DNA of 64,000 nucleotides from a virus: UHGV virus genome UHGV-0272730; one strand, 5' to 3'. Shown piece by piece: positions 46,321 to 56,223 of this stretch (position 1 is its first letter; each line of letters starts with the position of its first letter). The notes under the pieces were generated by a model. It saw only the letters and a program-made list of their open reading frames with translations, ran no database searches and was not told where the DNA came from. The position numbers and the translations under genes were made by a program.

Positions 46321-46657
46321 GCTCCATGTCACAGTTTACAAAAACTTCTCAGATATCAAAGAGTCTTTAACAAACAAGCTTGATATGCAACGGAAAAGAC
46401 TCTTTTTAATGTATGACATAGACAACTACAACCATCCTAAAGAGTTTAACTACAAAGATGGTACAAAGGTTGTTGAGTTTGAAGATTCTGTGACGGTGTA
46501 TGTAAAATATGACTTACCAGCAAAGTATATAGGGATGTTAGAGTACTACATATTCAAACATACTGGTATGCGTGGTGAGTCTGTCAAGATATCTTCTATA
46601 GAAGTTTTTGAGAAACCTAACACACAACTTAAAAAGTATTTAATGAGGAAACTGTAA
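46313..46657 (+). CDS. hypothetical protein (114 aa)
   Basis: ORF in block. Confidence 0.5.
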   Translation: MSKLHVTVYKNFSDIKESLTNKLDMQRKRLFLMYDIDNYNHPKEFNYKDGTKVVEFEDSVTVYVKYDLPAKYIGMLEYYIFKHTGMRGESVKISSIEVFEKPNTQLKKYLMRKL

Positions 46658-47238
46658 TGTCCGAAGAGCAACAGAATATCACGCCACAAGTAACACTGGT
46701 ACAGCATTTTGGAAATATTGAAGGGTGTATTGCACTTTTTCAACCAAATATCAACTCTCCTGTAAAAGTTTGTAAGTTGACTATGAATGTTAACAACATC
46801 AGTGTTTGCCTTGTTGAAGAAGTTCAATATTTCAAGTTCAATGACAGAGAGGTTGATGCCGCACTATTGAAGTATCGAGCAAACCTCGAAAAAGACATTG
46901 ACCACAAAGAGCTTGTAACACTGTTTGGTGACCTTCACAAGCTTCTTGAAAAGGTTATGAAGCGCACATACTACATGAACAACGGTTCAATCATCACCAC
47001 TTTGATTTCACCATGTATTTCAGAGCCAATTTTAACTGATGACGGTGGATACTACGTGGTAGCATCAGCAGATTCTGATTGGTGGATGAAAAATACAGCA
47101 CTGAAAACGGTGATTGAAGCCATTCGTGAGCATATCCCTTCATTCAGCCCGTGGAAAGGTAAAAGTGATGATTTCATTGCACTATTGAGTGAAGAGAGTA
47201 ACAAGCGCAGTGCATTGCTGCCTAAAAAATACTCTTGA
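46657..47238 (+). CDS. hypothetical protein (193 aa)
   Basis: ORF in block. Confidence 0.5.
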   Translation: MSEEQQNITPQVTLVQHFGNIEGCIALFQPNINSPVKVCKLTMNVNNISVCLVEEVQYFKFNDREVDAALLKYRANLEKDIDHKELVTLFGDLHKLLEKVMKRTYYMNNGSIITTLISPCISEPILTDDGGYYVVASADSDWWMKNTALKTVIEAIREHIPSFSPWKGKSDDFIALLSEESNKRSALLPKKYS

Positions 47239-47310
47239 CCGAGTATACAATATTGACTATGATGGGAGCTATCGAGAGGTAGTTCCCTTTTTAGTTTCTG
47301 GAGAATAGTT

Positions 47311-47856
47311 ATGGCTAAAGTGAAAGAGCACGATAAAATTATTTTGTATGTTAAACAGAATCCTTCAAAGAGTGTTGAGGCTGTTGTAACACACATCTCA
47401 CACAATGGTACAGTTTATTTCCGACCACTGAAGAACTTAGACTTTGACACAACACCAAACCACACATTCAGTACTTCTGCAAGACTGTGTGCAGGTACTG
47501 TATACTCAACTGCTGAGATTGATTCCTTATCTTTCACAGGTGCTTACAAAAACTTTATAGGGATTGCCCTAAAGGACTCTGAAGAATCTTTTAAATTTTT
47601 CATGGAGACTAATAAAGGTTGCTACGCACATGTTATGCCAGTCTATAAGAAAGTTGACACAGAGCTTACCAGTAAGTGCGAAGAGATTAGTAGTGACCTG
47701 AAGGAGCGCAAAACAGCTATTCAGAATGCCATTTACATCATTGAGAGGAACCATTTAGAAGTTCTTTTCAGAGATATGCTAAAAGCAGGGTTTACCCCAA
47801 ACGAAATTACAAGAGAAACACAACGCCAGTTCAGAAACGCTATGGTGAAAGAATGA
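47311..47856 (+). CDS. hypothetical protein (181 aa)
   Basis: ORF in block. Confidence 0.5.
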   Translation: MAKVKEHDKIILYVKQNPSKSVEAVVTHISHNGTVYFRPLKNLDFDTTPNHTFSTSARLCAGTVYSTAEIDSLSFTGAYKNFIGIALKDSEESFKFFMETNKGCYAHVMPVYKKVDTELTSKCEEISSDLKERKTAIQNAIYIIERNHLEVLFRDMLKAGFTPNEITRETQRQFRNAMVKE

Positions 47857-48071
47857 AAAAACTAACTACAGTTGAAGACTACTACAAACTGTCCCTGTTA
47901 GAGCAGTATCGTAGGAGCCAGAATATCAGAAAATGCTACGGTAAACACGCTGAAGGTGACTTTTACCGTTGCTACGATGCAGATTTAAAAGGTGTAACAC
48001 CTAGAGGGAAAGTCCTGCAAAGACTTGTTGACCTTGAGTGGAACAAACGATTGAGAGGGGTTGGGAAATGA
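47853..48071 (+). CDS. hypothetical protein (72 aa)
   Basis: ORF in block. Confidence 0.4.
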   Translation: MKKLTTVEDYYKLSLLEQYRRSQNIRKCYGKHAEGDFYRCYDADLKGVTPRGKVLQRLVDLEWNKRLRGVGK

Positions 48072-48571
48072 TTTACGAAGAAAGATACAAGATAGATTAT
48101 CAGAAGACTGGTCATCATACTTCACTAAGAGTAACCAAACCAAATGGGGATACTGGTATCATAGCACATTTTGGTGGTGATTATTGGTACGGTACAGGTT
48201 GCTTTGAAGGCTACACTCAAGAATACTTAAAAGCTTTCTACAGAGACTTTACAAATGACTACAACAGGGTTGTTGAAGAGAAGAATAAGTGCATTAAGCA
48301 TGAATACCATGCTAGAGGTTGTCTGAATATTGTTATGATACTGGTTTTCTTCTTAGCAACATTACTAGCTGTATCAGCAATCAGCTACATAGCTCAAGAC
48401 TTGACCATTACACAGATTACTGCAAAGTTGCATGATGTCTGGTACTTGTATGTTGTTCCTTTAGCTGGTATCATCATCTCACTAATGAGGTTCAGAGTTC
48501 ATAAGAAACGACTTAAGGATTCTGAGGTTAAACTTGAAGAGGTAAGTAAAGAATGCAACCTACAATTATAG
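48038..48571 (+). CDS. membrane protein (177 aa; two C-terminal TM helices)
   Basis: Hydrophobic segments IVMILVFFLATLLAVSAISYI and YLYVVPLAGIIISLM. Confidence 0.5.
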   Translation: MEQTIERGWEMIYEERYKIDYQKTGHHTSLRVTKPNGDTGIIAHFGGDYWYGTGCFEGYTQEYLKAFYRDFTNDYNRVVEEKNKCIKHEYHARGCLNIVMILVFFLATLLAVSAISYIAQDLTITQITAKLHDVWYLYVVPLAGIIISLMRFRVHKKRLKDSEVKLEEVSKECNLQL

Positions 48572-48647
48572 CTGTATGTATTCGTTTTGCAATCGCTGAA
48601 ATGATTAACAAGGCAATCTTAAAAGATGCCTATGGAGAGACTAAGTA

Positions 48648-48872
48648 ATGATTAAGACACCTGTACCAATTTTTGGATTTCCTTCTATAGAAGAGTTCAA
48701 AGTTTATCTTGACAAAAACTTCTACAACGAGCAGCCTGTTACTTTGCTGAAGAGTGACTTATCAGAGCTTCTTGATATGGTTATCAAGGCAACTTCTGAG
48801 AAGGAGCCTGAACAGAAAGCTGAGAAGAAGACTAGTAAGAAATCCGATAAGAAGACTGAAAAGTCTGAGTAA
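48648..48872 (+). CDS. hypothetical protein (74 aa, Lys-rich tail)
   Basis: ORF in block. Confidence 0.45.
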   Translation: MIKTPVPIFGFPSIEEFKVYLDKNFYNEQPVTLLKSDLSELLDMVIKATSEKEPEQKAEKKTSKKSDKKTEKSE

Positions 48873-48925
48873 TAGCTTGAGGGGTTACTTGATAGCCCCT
48901 TTGTAGGAACTTAGAAGGTAGCGAA

Positions 48926-49348
48926 ATGAAAGAGCTTATTGGTAAAAGATTGACAGTTTACTGCTCTAAAACAAAGAAACCACTTACTTCTGTGAAGGTC
49001 TTTGATGTTGACACCACTGGTGTAGAGTACCCAATCCAATGCACAATAATTACTCCATTCCATGCAGATGATATGGATTTTAAAGAGTGTGAAGTGATAT
49101 CTTTTAATGCTGATGGGTATTGGAGAGGTAAGTTAAACAAGCAATCAGAAGATTTTGATATGCAAATCCTTATCAATGAAGGCTATATCGGTGTAAAAGA
49201 TATCCTCGTAGAAGCCTATGAAGAAGGTATAATTGATATTGTGCATGATGTTGAAAAAGCTTTAAAGCTTGTTATGCCGCATTTAGAATCTGGAAAGCTG
49301 ACTTTAGAGATGCTTAATAGGGTTATTCGGAGAGCTTATGAAAATTAA
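48926..49348 (+). CDS. hypothetical protein (140 aa)
   Basis: ORF in block. Confidence 0.5.
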   Translation: MKELIGKRLTVYCSKTKKPLTSVKVFDVDTTGVEYPIQCTIITPFHADDMDFKECEVISFNADGYWRGKLNKQSEDFDMQILINEGYIGVKDILVEAYEEGIIDIVHDVEKALKLVMPHLESGKLTLEMLNRVIRRAYEN

Positions 49349-49802
49349 AGAAGTAGTTCAAAGAGCAATGCTTGACAATTCTACTAAAGATGAGATGTAC
49401 ACAGAAATTTGTGATAAGTTGAACTGCTCAAGACATGCTGCTAAGGTTCTTGTACACTGTTTTATCTGGGAATGCTCAGAAGCTTATATGAAACACGTAG
49501 CTTTTGAGAGTTCTCATTTACTCGGTGATGCAAAAATAGGTGTAGCACTAAAAGAGCCTGAGATGAAAACAGTACCTAAAGTTGGTAATGTGTATAAACT
49601 AAAAAATTTTATTACAGGCGAGATTGTTGCAGAAGGTGAAGTGCAACAGGTTTATCATGATGGTAAATATCTGTTTAAGATATTCGAGTATGATAGTCGT
49701 TACAGACACTTATGTGGTATTACATTTTTAGTTTCAGAGGATGACCTCATCAAGAACAATAGTAATAAATTCGCAGTACCAGAATATCAAGTTTTACGAT
49801 AA
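49338..49802 (+). CDS. hypothetical protein (154 aa)
   Basis: ORF in block. Confidence 0.5.
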   Translation: MKIKEVVQRAMLDNSTKDEMYTEICDKLNCSRHAAKVLVHCFIWECSEAYMKHVAFESSHLLGDAKIGVALKEPEMKTVPKVGNVYKLKNFITGEIVAEGEVQQVYHDGKYLFKIFEYDSRYRHLCGITFLVSEDDLIKNNSNKFAVPEYQVLR

Positions 49803-49815
49803 TGGTGTGATAGAT

Positions 49816-50364
49816 ATGGAAAAAGATAACTTAAAAGAAGTTGAAGGTAACTACTTAGTACTTGACTGGAAGGATGTTCGGGAAGCACTCTCCGAAGAAA
49901 ATCTTGACTGGTTCGAACAAATTATCTTTGCAGTACGGCATAACCGAGAAGTTGAAAATGGTAAAGAGCCACTTGAAGGAATCTTTGTAGAAAGGTCTTA
50001 TCCGTTCTATGAAGACACTTTGCAGAAAGTTAAGATGTACTTTAAACAGAAGAACCGTAAAGTGGTCACTATGGTATCTCTTGGTGGACAGAGTATGTCT
50101 GTGATGGAAGATATCAACCCTAAGAGACCGAGTAAAGGTGTTTGTATAAAAATCACAGGACATGAAGAGTATATCTCAGTGGCTGACTTTAGTGCATTCT
50201 GTAGTGGTTCTTGTGTCTTTAATGGTTTTCACTATGATATCCGAGTGTACCCAATCAAGGGAGATGCTGTTATGATGCAGATATTCGATAACAATAATGG
50301 ATTTACTCATTTTTATCAGACAACCAAGTCATCCCTAAAAACAGTTCTGGAAACACTGATTTAA
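49816..50364 (+). CDS. hypothetical protein (start refined to ATG 49816)
   Basis: Track ORF 49741-50364 overlaps the upstream gene by 62 nt; in-frame ATG at 49816 follows the upstream stop. Confidence 0.45.
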   Translation: MEKDNLKEVEGNYLVLDWKDVREALSEENLDWFEQIIFAVRHNREVENGKEPLEGIFVERSYPFYEDTLQKVKMYFKQKNRKVVTMVSLGGQSMSVMEDINPKRPSKGVCIKITGHEEYISVADFSAFCSGSCVFNGFHYDIRVYPIKGDAVMMQIFDNNNGFTHFYQTTKSSLKTVLETLI

Positions 50365-50375
50365 AATATCTTAAG

Positions 50376-50402
50376 AGCCTCCTTAATCGGGGGCTTTTTA
50401 TT
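50376..50402 (+). terminator. rho-independent terminator
   Basis: AGCCTCC...GGGGGCT hairpin followed by TTTTTA. Confidence 0.55.
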
Positions 50403-51991
50403 GAGTAAAATTTACGAAATTTATATTTTTTATAAAATTTTATCGGTTGTCCCAACCTCTGGGTCACCATCATATGTGAATAAAATATCTACCCTTCTTA
50501 ACAACCTTCTTAATCTTACTCTCTATATAGTTATATAGTACTATATAGTATCTTAGTAACTATCTAGTGGTCTTAATAGCCCTCTGTATAGCCCTTCTAA
50601 ATAGCCCTCTAAACACTCTTCTAACAAGCCTTCTTAACAACCTATACAATCACCTTAACCATCTCTCTACACTCTCTTAGAAGCTCCTATACACCTCTTA
50701 ATCTCTATGTCAGCTATGATACTCTCTATAGGTGTTCACTAGGTGCTACTAAGCCTCTATATAGACTGTTTTAACAAACTTAACAGGAATATCTTTACAG
50801 ACCTTATCTCACAAGGTCTAACACGGTACTAACAAGGTATCTTATAAGCCTGTTATTACCTGTATTTTAGAAAGACTGTATAGGTAATTATTCAGATTTT
50901 TAAAATTTTTATAAAATAGGACTATCAAGTCATTTTTTAGGGTCTTTGAAGGAACTGAAAAATATCTGTAGAAGATGTATATCTGCTTGGTAGCCCTTAA
51001 CAGCTCCCTTACAAGTACTTTGCAAAATTTTAAAATATCCTTAACAATCTCTTAACAGCTCTAACACCTTCTTAACAACTCTTCAAAGGTCTTAACAGAT
51101 TCTTAACAGAACTAACAAGAGCGTAACAGTTTCTTAACAGTTGATACATAGGCTTTACAGAATCTTAACAGATGACTAACAAGAGCTAACAAGTTAATTT
51201 TTAAGAGTTATTTTGTTAAGATAATTAACAAGTCTCTAACAAGTGTTTAATCTTTTTAACAAGCTATTAACATGGTCACTACTCTTTCTTATCGTTCCCT
51301 TTCCCTTCTTAGTGATTCTTTAAACATACCTCTTAAAAGCTCTCTATAGCTCTTTATAGCCTCTTTTAAGCCTCTTCCTAGTAGTTACACCCCAACTGTA
51401 CAGATACCTCTTTATAGAGCTTTACAGGAGCTTTTAAGGCTATGTCAAAGACTCTTACAAGGCTTTTACGTGGCCTTAACAGAGATTTAACAAGGGGCTA
51501 ACAAGTCTCTAACAAGTGCCTTAAAAGCATAACTATGTAGGGATTGTTAAGAAATTGTTAAGAGAATGTTAAGGGGGCTAGCATTTACGTAACTTTATAG
51601 CCCCTTTTACGTAACTTTTAAGCTACTTCAAAGTAACTTTATAGCCCCTATAACATACTTTTAAGACACTAACAAGCCCTTTTTAGATATTCACAAGAAT
51701 ACTAATGAGATGATAAAGCTTACACCCTTATAAGATTCTTTTAAGTCTCTGGGAAGCTTTATAAAGGGCTTTTAAGGGTGAGGTAATGCAATCCCTTAAG
51801 TTAGGTTGATAAGGCTGTTATAGAGCTTTATAGAGCGTTTAAATGGGCCATCCCCTTTCTGGGGTTATTGGCTTTTATTTAAGTTGATTTGATAAGAGGT
51901 TATAGAGTAGACTATAGAGTTATTGCTTTTAAGGTCTGATAAGATTCTGGAAAGGTGAGGGAAAGGGATTGTATAAGGATTCGATAGACGT
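50403..51991. repeat. 1.6 kb ORF-free region dense in short direct repeats
   Basis: Dozens of CTTAACAG / CTAACAAG / TTAACAA / TATAGAGC / TTTTAAG copies; no ORF of 60 aa or more on either strand; flanked by terminators of convergent gene blocks. Confidence 0.8.
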
Positions 51992-52045
51992 AAAAAAGCC
52001 CCTTTAAATAGGGGCTGTTCAGGTATCTGGGGCTATTTAGCCCCG
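51992..52045 (-). terminator. rho-independent terminator (tandem hairpins)
   Basis: AGCCCC...GGGGCT hairpin followed by UUUUUU on the minus strand, plus second hairpin GGGGCTA-TTT-AGCCCC. Confidence 0.55.
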
Positions 52046-52054
52046 CTGCGTCGA

Positions 52055-52303
52055 TTAGTTATAATCTTGCTTGTTGTAGTACAGGGAGACAATTTTTTCT
52101 CCCCAGTAGTGGTAGTGATATTCCTCGTTTATGGCTTCTTTTACAGCGTCCTTCCAAAAGTCATCGGTAGGGTTATAATCTGGTAGCACCTGCTGAATCA
52201 GCATTTTGATAAGGTCAAAGGTGTTATTTGTTCCACCGATATCGAATTTTGCATCAAGTTCGTGGCAGCCATAAGCATTAACAGTTACGCGGATAGTTGA
52301 CAT
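52055..52303 (-). CDS. early-array small protein (82 aa)
   Basis: ORF preceded by a type-A promoter-leader cassette. Confidence 0.55.
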   Translation of the reverse strand: MSTIRVTVNAYGCHELDAKFDIGGTNNTFDLIKMLIQQVLPDYNPTDDFWKDAVKEAINEEYHYHYWGEKIVSLYYNKQDYN

Positions 52304-52393
52304 AATTTAGATTCTCCAGTTTAGGACTTTACTTAGTGGGGGAGGTCATCCCCCGTTAATTAGTAATTTACTGCATATTGGCGTATGTTGCAA
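52304..52393 (-). promoter_or_regulatory. type-A promoter-leader cassette (TTGCAA-17 nt-TAAATT, hairpin, SD)
   Basis: -35 at 52388-52393, -10 at 52365-52370, GC hairpin 52338-52354, GGAGA 7 nt before the ATG; -35 lies inside the 3' end of the upstream gene. Confidence 0.55.
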
Positions 52394-52631
52394 GCCTTTT
52401 TTCGTTGTATTTTGTAAGAATCTCACAAGATACAACATCATACTTTGTGACAGCGTTGCCTTTATCGAGGTCAAAAAAGCCAAACGCTTTACCATCTTTG
52501 AATCCGACAACTTCGTAAGATTCTTTGATGATTTCACCATTGAACAAATCACTTTCGATACGGTGAAATAATGCTACATCTTCTTTGTCGGTTGCAATTT
52601 GTAAAAGTGTGGTTAATTCTACGTTTTCCAT
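52368..52631 (-). CDS. early-array small protein (87 aa)
   Basis: ORF preceded by a type-A cassette. Confidence 0.55.
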   Translation of the reverse strand: MENVELTTLLQIATDKEDVALFHRIESDLFNGEIIKESYEVVGFKDGKAFGFFDLDKGNAVTKYDVVSCEILTKYNEKRLATYANMQ

Positions 52632-52723
52632 CTTGATAACTCCAGTTTAGGATTTTATTTAGTGGGGAAGGCCATTCCCTCCCCGTTGATTGACAATTTA
52701 CAGACTTTTAATTGTCTCGTCAA
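52632..52723 (-). promoter_or_regulatory. type-A promoter-leader cassette (TTGACG-17 nt-TAAATT)
   Basis: -10 at 52695-52700 overlaps the stop codon of the upstream gene; hairpin GGGGAAGGCCATTCCCTCCCC at 52664-52684. Confidence 0.55.
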
Positions 52724-53228
52724 TATCTTTTTCAATGTCTTTTAAAGTTTTTTCTAAGTTCTTGATATTAAAGGATAAACCTTCACCAAGAGTCTTAGAG
52801 TAACCACTAGGACGTAAATTATACAGTTTAATTTCTTCCACTTTAAAGAGACTAACTAACTCACCGTTTACATCATAAGCCATTGAAACAGTATTTGCAG
52901 GTGCATTGTAAAACTTGTTTAAGGACTTGATAGAACGTTCATAAGCCATTTTATAACCATTTAAAAGGTTTTTAACGTGATTGTGAACGTTTTTACACTC
53001 ATCTAAGTAAAGACCTAAAAACATCGGGAGAAGTTCCGCGACAGCTTGCATAAAGTGAGAAACTACAACAGTAGAAACATTACGACGATGGACGTAATAA
53101 GCTCCGTTTTCTGATTTAGTGATGGTTGCAAAGTGTACACCATTGCAACGAAATTCATAGGTATCTTTAACAGGCTTTGACATTACAGCATTTGAACGAA
53201 TGAAGTTGATAGCTTGAAATTTGTTCAT
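52698..53228 (-). CDS. early-array protein (176 aa)
   Basis: ORF preceded by a type-A cassette. Confidence 0.55.
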   Translation of the reverse strand: MNKFQAINFIRSNAVMSKPVKDTYEFRCNGVHFATITKSENGAYYVHRRNVSTVVVSHFMQAVAELLPMFLGLYLDECKNVHNHVKNLLNGYKMAYERSIKSLNKFYNAPANTVSMAYDVNGELVSLFKVEEIKLYNLRPSGYSKTLGEGLSFNIKNLEKTLKDIEKDIDETIKSL

Positions 53229-53319
53229 TTTAGAATCTCCAGTTTAGGATTTTATTTAGTGGGGAAGGCCATTCCCTCCCGTTGATTAGTAATTTACTTG
53301 TTTTGATTTCTGATTGCAA
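53229..53319 (-). promoter_or_regulatory. type-A promoter-leader cassette (TTGCAA-17 nt-TAAATT)
   Basis: -35 at 53314-53319, -10 at 53291-53296, hairpin 53261-53280. Confidence 0.55.
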
Positions 53320-53454
53320 GTAATTTTTTTTTTTTAAGTTTATCTATAAAGAATCTTTTAAGTTAATCCCTTTAAGATAAACCCCCTCGAACAAAGTTAC
53401 CAATGTCAATGGGTATTGTCAACACTTTTTTGAAAGTTTTTTGTAAGTTATTGA

Positions 53455-53796
53455 TTAACTGATGAATATTTTTTCAGGTTTTACATAGCTGATACGCTGA
53501 CTTTTTAGCAGGTCATCCCAGATTAACGCGGCGATATGGGCATAACCGGATTCACGTAAAAGTTTCATTGTTTTACTTCTCGTTTCAAAACGGCTTGCAT
53601 AGTACTCACTATTCAGCGTCGTTTTATTCCCTTCGTTGTCTACATGGATAATCTGCATCACTTGAAAGGGGCTTGTGTCCTCGCCTTTATTCCACTGTTC
53701 AAAGTATTTTAGGCACTGCATAGGTGACATCTTATCACTGACCTGAGTTGACCATGATGCGCCAGCTTTATCGGTAATTACGGTTACATAAGCCAT
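53455..53796 (-). CDS. early-array protein (113 aa)
   Basis: ORF preceded by a type-A cassette. Confidence 0.55.
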   Translation of the reverse strand: MAYVTVITDKAGASWSTQVSDKMSPMQCLKYFEQWNKGEDTSPFQVMQIIHVDNEGNKTTLNSEYYASRFETRSKTMKLLRESGYAHIAALIWDDLLKSQRISYVKPEKIFIS

Positions 53797-53889
53797 TTTT
53801 AGATTCTCCAGTTTAGGATTTTATTTAGTGGGGAAGGTCATTCCCTCCCCGTTGATTGACAATTTACAGATTTTTATCAGGCTTGTCTA
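53797..53889 (-). promoter_or_regulatory. type-A promoter-leader cassette (weak -35 TAGACA, -10 TAAATT)
   Basis: -10 at 53861-53866, hairpin 53830-53850. Confidence 0.45.
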
Positions 53890-54120
53890 GTCTTTTTCAA
53901 TGATAATTTCATACTGGCCATCTACGCTGTCAAAATAGACACCGTCTTCATCTTCTGTCTTAAAGTAGCATTGAATATCATCACTGGCGGGATAGTCTTG
54001 CCTTGCTATCTGGCAAACTTGAATAGCATTTTCTTTACTTCCTGTAAACTCTTCAAGCCCTTTAAAGTCACATGAATGGCCATTACAGATGGAAAGGATG
54101 AGGTAAATGGTTGTAAGCAT
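53887..54120 (-). CDS. small secreted/membrane protein (77 aa)
   Basis: N-terminal hydrophobic segment LTTIYLILSICNG; four Cys. Confidence 0.5.
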   Translation of the reverse strand: MLTTIYLILSICNGHSCDFKGLEEFTGSKENAIQVCQIARQDYPASDDIQCYFKTEDEDGVYFDSVDGQYEIIIEKD

Positions 54121-54186
54121 GATTTAAGCCCTCTAAAAGCCCCTACAAGGGGCTGATTAGTGTTTATAAGGTGATTGCATAGGTTT

Positions 54187-54729
54187 TTAGAAAAAGCTCT
54201 TTAAATCCTCTTCTGCAATGTTTCCTGTCAGTGTATCCATGATGTCACAAAAAACCTGAATACTGTCCGACTGTTGAACACTTTTAGCAAGAAGCTCCAG
54301 AGACTCATCAAGATAGTTTAAATTTGGGTTATCCAATGAAGGAAGACAAAAAGGTGAATACATAGCGTTAAACTCTGTTGTATAGACCTTTTTAATCCAA
54401 TTTACATCAAAGTACTCTGTAAAACTTGCTACACTCGACATATTATCACAAGAATAATCATCGTTTAGCTCATCCTCTGGAATATCGAGTTCTAAGATAA
54501 CAATATTTTGAGTCTTCATCTGAAAAGCTGCGGTGATAGTGGCATTGCCTAGAGCTTGCTGAATACCTTCCGATGTTATCTCTTCATCATCGTCGCCATA
54601 GATTTTATTTTCTGGATACACGTAAAAATTGCCGTCCATATCCGAACAATTCCATGCGCCTGATGGTTTATCACCGTTATTAATCAGGTTGAGGAAATTT
54701 TCTTGAGTAGTTCCGTGATAGCATTTCAT
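54187..54729 (-). CDS. early-array acidic protein (180 aa) with N-terminal YHGT motif
   Basis: ORF preceded by a type-B leader; single His in an H-G-T context, function unassigned. Confidence 0.55.
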   Translation of the reverse strand: MKCYHGTTQENFLNLINNGDKPSGAWNCSDMDGNFYVYPENKIYGDDDEEITSEGIQQALGNATITAAFQMKTQNIVILELDIPEDELNDDYSCDNMSSVASFTEYFDVNWIKKVYTTEFNAMYSPFCLPSLDNPNLNYLDESLELLAKSVQQSDSIQVFCDIMDTLTGNIAEEDLKSFF

Positions 54730-54816
54730 TTTTGAATCTCCTAGTTTAAGGATTGAGTGGTAAAGCTCTTTATCTGGGGCTTACTTTATCGAACTATAAG
54801 CCCCTTGTAAAGTGCT
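54730..54816 (-). repeat. type-B leader cassette (GGGGCTTA...TAAGCCCC hairpin, SD)
   Basis: Hairpin 54776-54804; conserved GGTAAAGCTCTTTATCT and GTAAAGTACTTTATTTG flanks. Confidence 0.7.
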
Positions 54817-55065
54817 TTATTTAACTTTCTTTGAGAAAACTAGTTTGACTGCAACTGTAGGAATCTCGCCAGCAGTTGTAACCAGCATTACTTTTTGAGT
54901 AACCAACCTATAGCCGTTCTTTGCAGCGTATGCGGTGAAACGGTTAACATTGTAACTATAAGTTTTTGCCGTGTTATCTGGCATGTGGTAAATGAAAGGT
55001 TTACCCAAATTTTCTTCTTGTGTCAATAATCTACAGGTATCGGGAATGTTAAAGTAGTTCATCAT
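54817..55065 (-). CDS. early-array small protein (82 aa)
   Basis: ORF preceded by a type-B leader. Confidence 0.55.
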   Translation of the reverse strand: MMNYFNIPDTCRLLTQEENLGKPFIYHMPDNTAKTYSYNVNRFTAYAAKNGYRLVTQKVMLVTTAGEIPTVAVKLVFSKKVK

Positions 55066-55151
55066 TTTTAGAATCTCCAGTTTAGGATTTAGTGGTAAAG
55101 CTCTTTATCTGGGGCTTAAGTTATCAACTTTTAAGCCCCTTGTAAAGTACT
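55066..55151 (-). repeat. type-B leader cassette
   Basis: Hairpin 55111-55139. Confidence 0.7.
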
Positions 55152-55355
55152 TTATTTGTTATTTTTGACAACTTTTAAAACTGCAAGATAGCCTAAGCAA
55201 TAAGAATCACCGAAGAGAGTCCTACCCATGAAAGAATCCTCTTTGATATCCTTTGCAGTGACAGTTTTTTCTACGCCGTGGGAAAGGACTATATCGCCAA
55301 CTTTGATATCTTTGATGTGTGTAGTTTCAATGGTTAAATCATTAATAATAGCCAT
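55152..55355 (-). CDS. early-array small protein (67 aa)
   Basis: ORF preceded by a type-A cassette. Confidence 0.5.
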   Translation of the reverse strand: MAIINDLTIETTHIKDIKVGDIVLSHGVEKTVTAKDIKEDSFMGRTLFGDSYCLGYLAVLKVVKNNK

Positions 55356-55450
55356 TTTTTGAATCTCCTAGTTTAAGGACTTTACTTAGTGGGGAAGGTC
55401 ATTCCCTCCCCGTTGATGTGTAATTTAATCTATCTAAAAACCAGTGTCAA
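55356..55450 (-). promoter_or_regulatory. type-A promoter-leader cassette (TTGACA-17 nt-TAAATT)
   Basis: Perfect -35 at 55445-55450, -10 at 55422-55427, hairpin 55391-55411. Confidence 0.6.
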
Positions 55451-55459
55451 CAAAATTTT

Positions 55460-55864
55460 TTAGAGTTCTGCATAAATTGCATCACAGATATCGCGGAAGT
55501 CATGATTAGTCAAATTACGCTGCAACCAAGTGGCGAAAAAGTCAGCGATTGCAAAGTTAGCATCATACTCGACAGATAGCCACACTTTAACAGCAAATCG
55601 GAACATTTTCAAATCTAACTCTTTATTCATTACCTTAGATTTGCCTAACATGTCGGACATTTCATATTGCGCACCGTCTAGTGTGATACCTGCTGCAACG
55701 TCAGCCAATGAATTTTTTACGCTTTCAACGTCTAAGATAACACTTTGAATCTTCCCAATAATGTTTTGCAGTGTTTCATCTGGTGCTGATGACGTGATAA
55801 CATTAATCCGGTTAACGGTCAAACGTGCTTTTAAAATTGATAATTCACGGTTATTAATAGCCAT
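55460..55864 (-). CDS. early-array protein (134 aa; ATG start MAINNREL)
   Basis: Conserved GGAGAACTTAAAAATG leader supports ATG at 55864 rather than the upstream TTG used by the ORF track. Confidence 0.55.
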   Translation of the reverse strand: MAINNRELSILKARLTVNRINVITSSAPDETLQNIIGKIQSVILDVESVKNSLADVAAGITLDGAQYEMSDMLGKSKVMNKELDLKMFRFAVKVWLSVEYDANFAIADFFATWLQRNLTNHDFRDICDAIYAEL

Positions 55865-55950
55865 TTTTAAGTTCTCCAATTTAGGATTTAGTGGTAAAGC
55901 TCTTTATCTGGGGCTTACTTTATCGAACTATAAGCCCCTTGTAAAGTACT
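55865..55950 (-). repeat. type-B leader cassette
   Basis: Hairpin 55911-55939. Confidence 0.7.
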
Positions 55951-56223
55951 TTACATTAAATGCAGTTTTTTGCCTTTTACTATAATGTAACTCGATGTGC
56001 TATTGCTTTGCACATCTTGATAAATTCTGCGCAAACGGCCTTCATAGTGTACTTTCCAGCTAGTTGGAATCTTTTTCCCGTATCCGGTAGCAGTTTTTTG
56101 GAGTCCTGCTACTTGCCAATCTAAGATGTGTTGCTCAGCTTGTAAATCATCAAAGCACATTACACCATCAACATAGTGACGTAGAGTGACATTTAAAGTA
56201 CGACCGTTGTTAGTAGTATACAT
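55951..56223 (-). CDS. early-array small protein (90 aa)
   Basis: ORF preceded by a type-A cassette. Confidence 0.55.
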   Translation of the reverse strand: MYTTNNGRTLNVTLRHYVDGVMCFDDLQAEQHILDWQVAGLQKTATGYGKKIPTSWKVHYEGRLRRIYQDVQSNSTSSYIIVKGKKLHLM

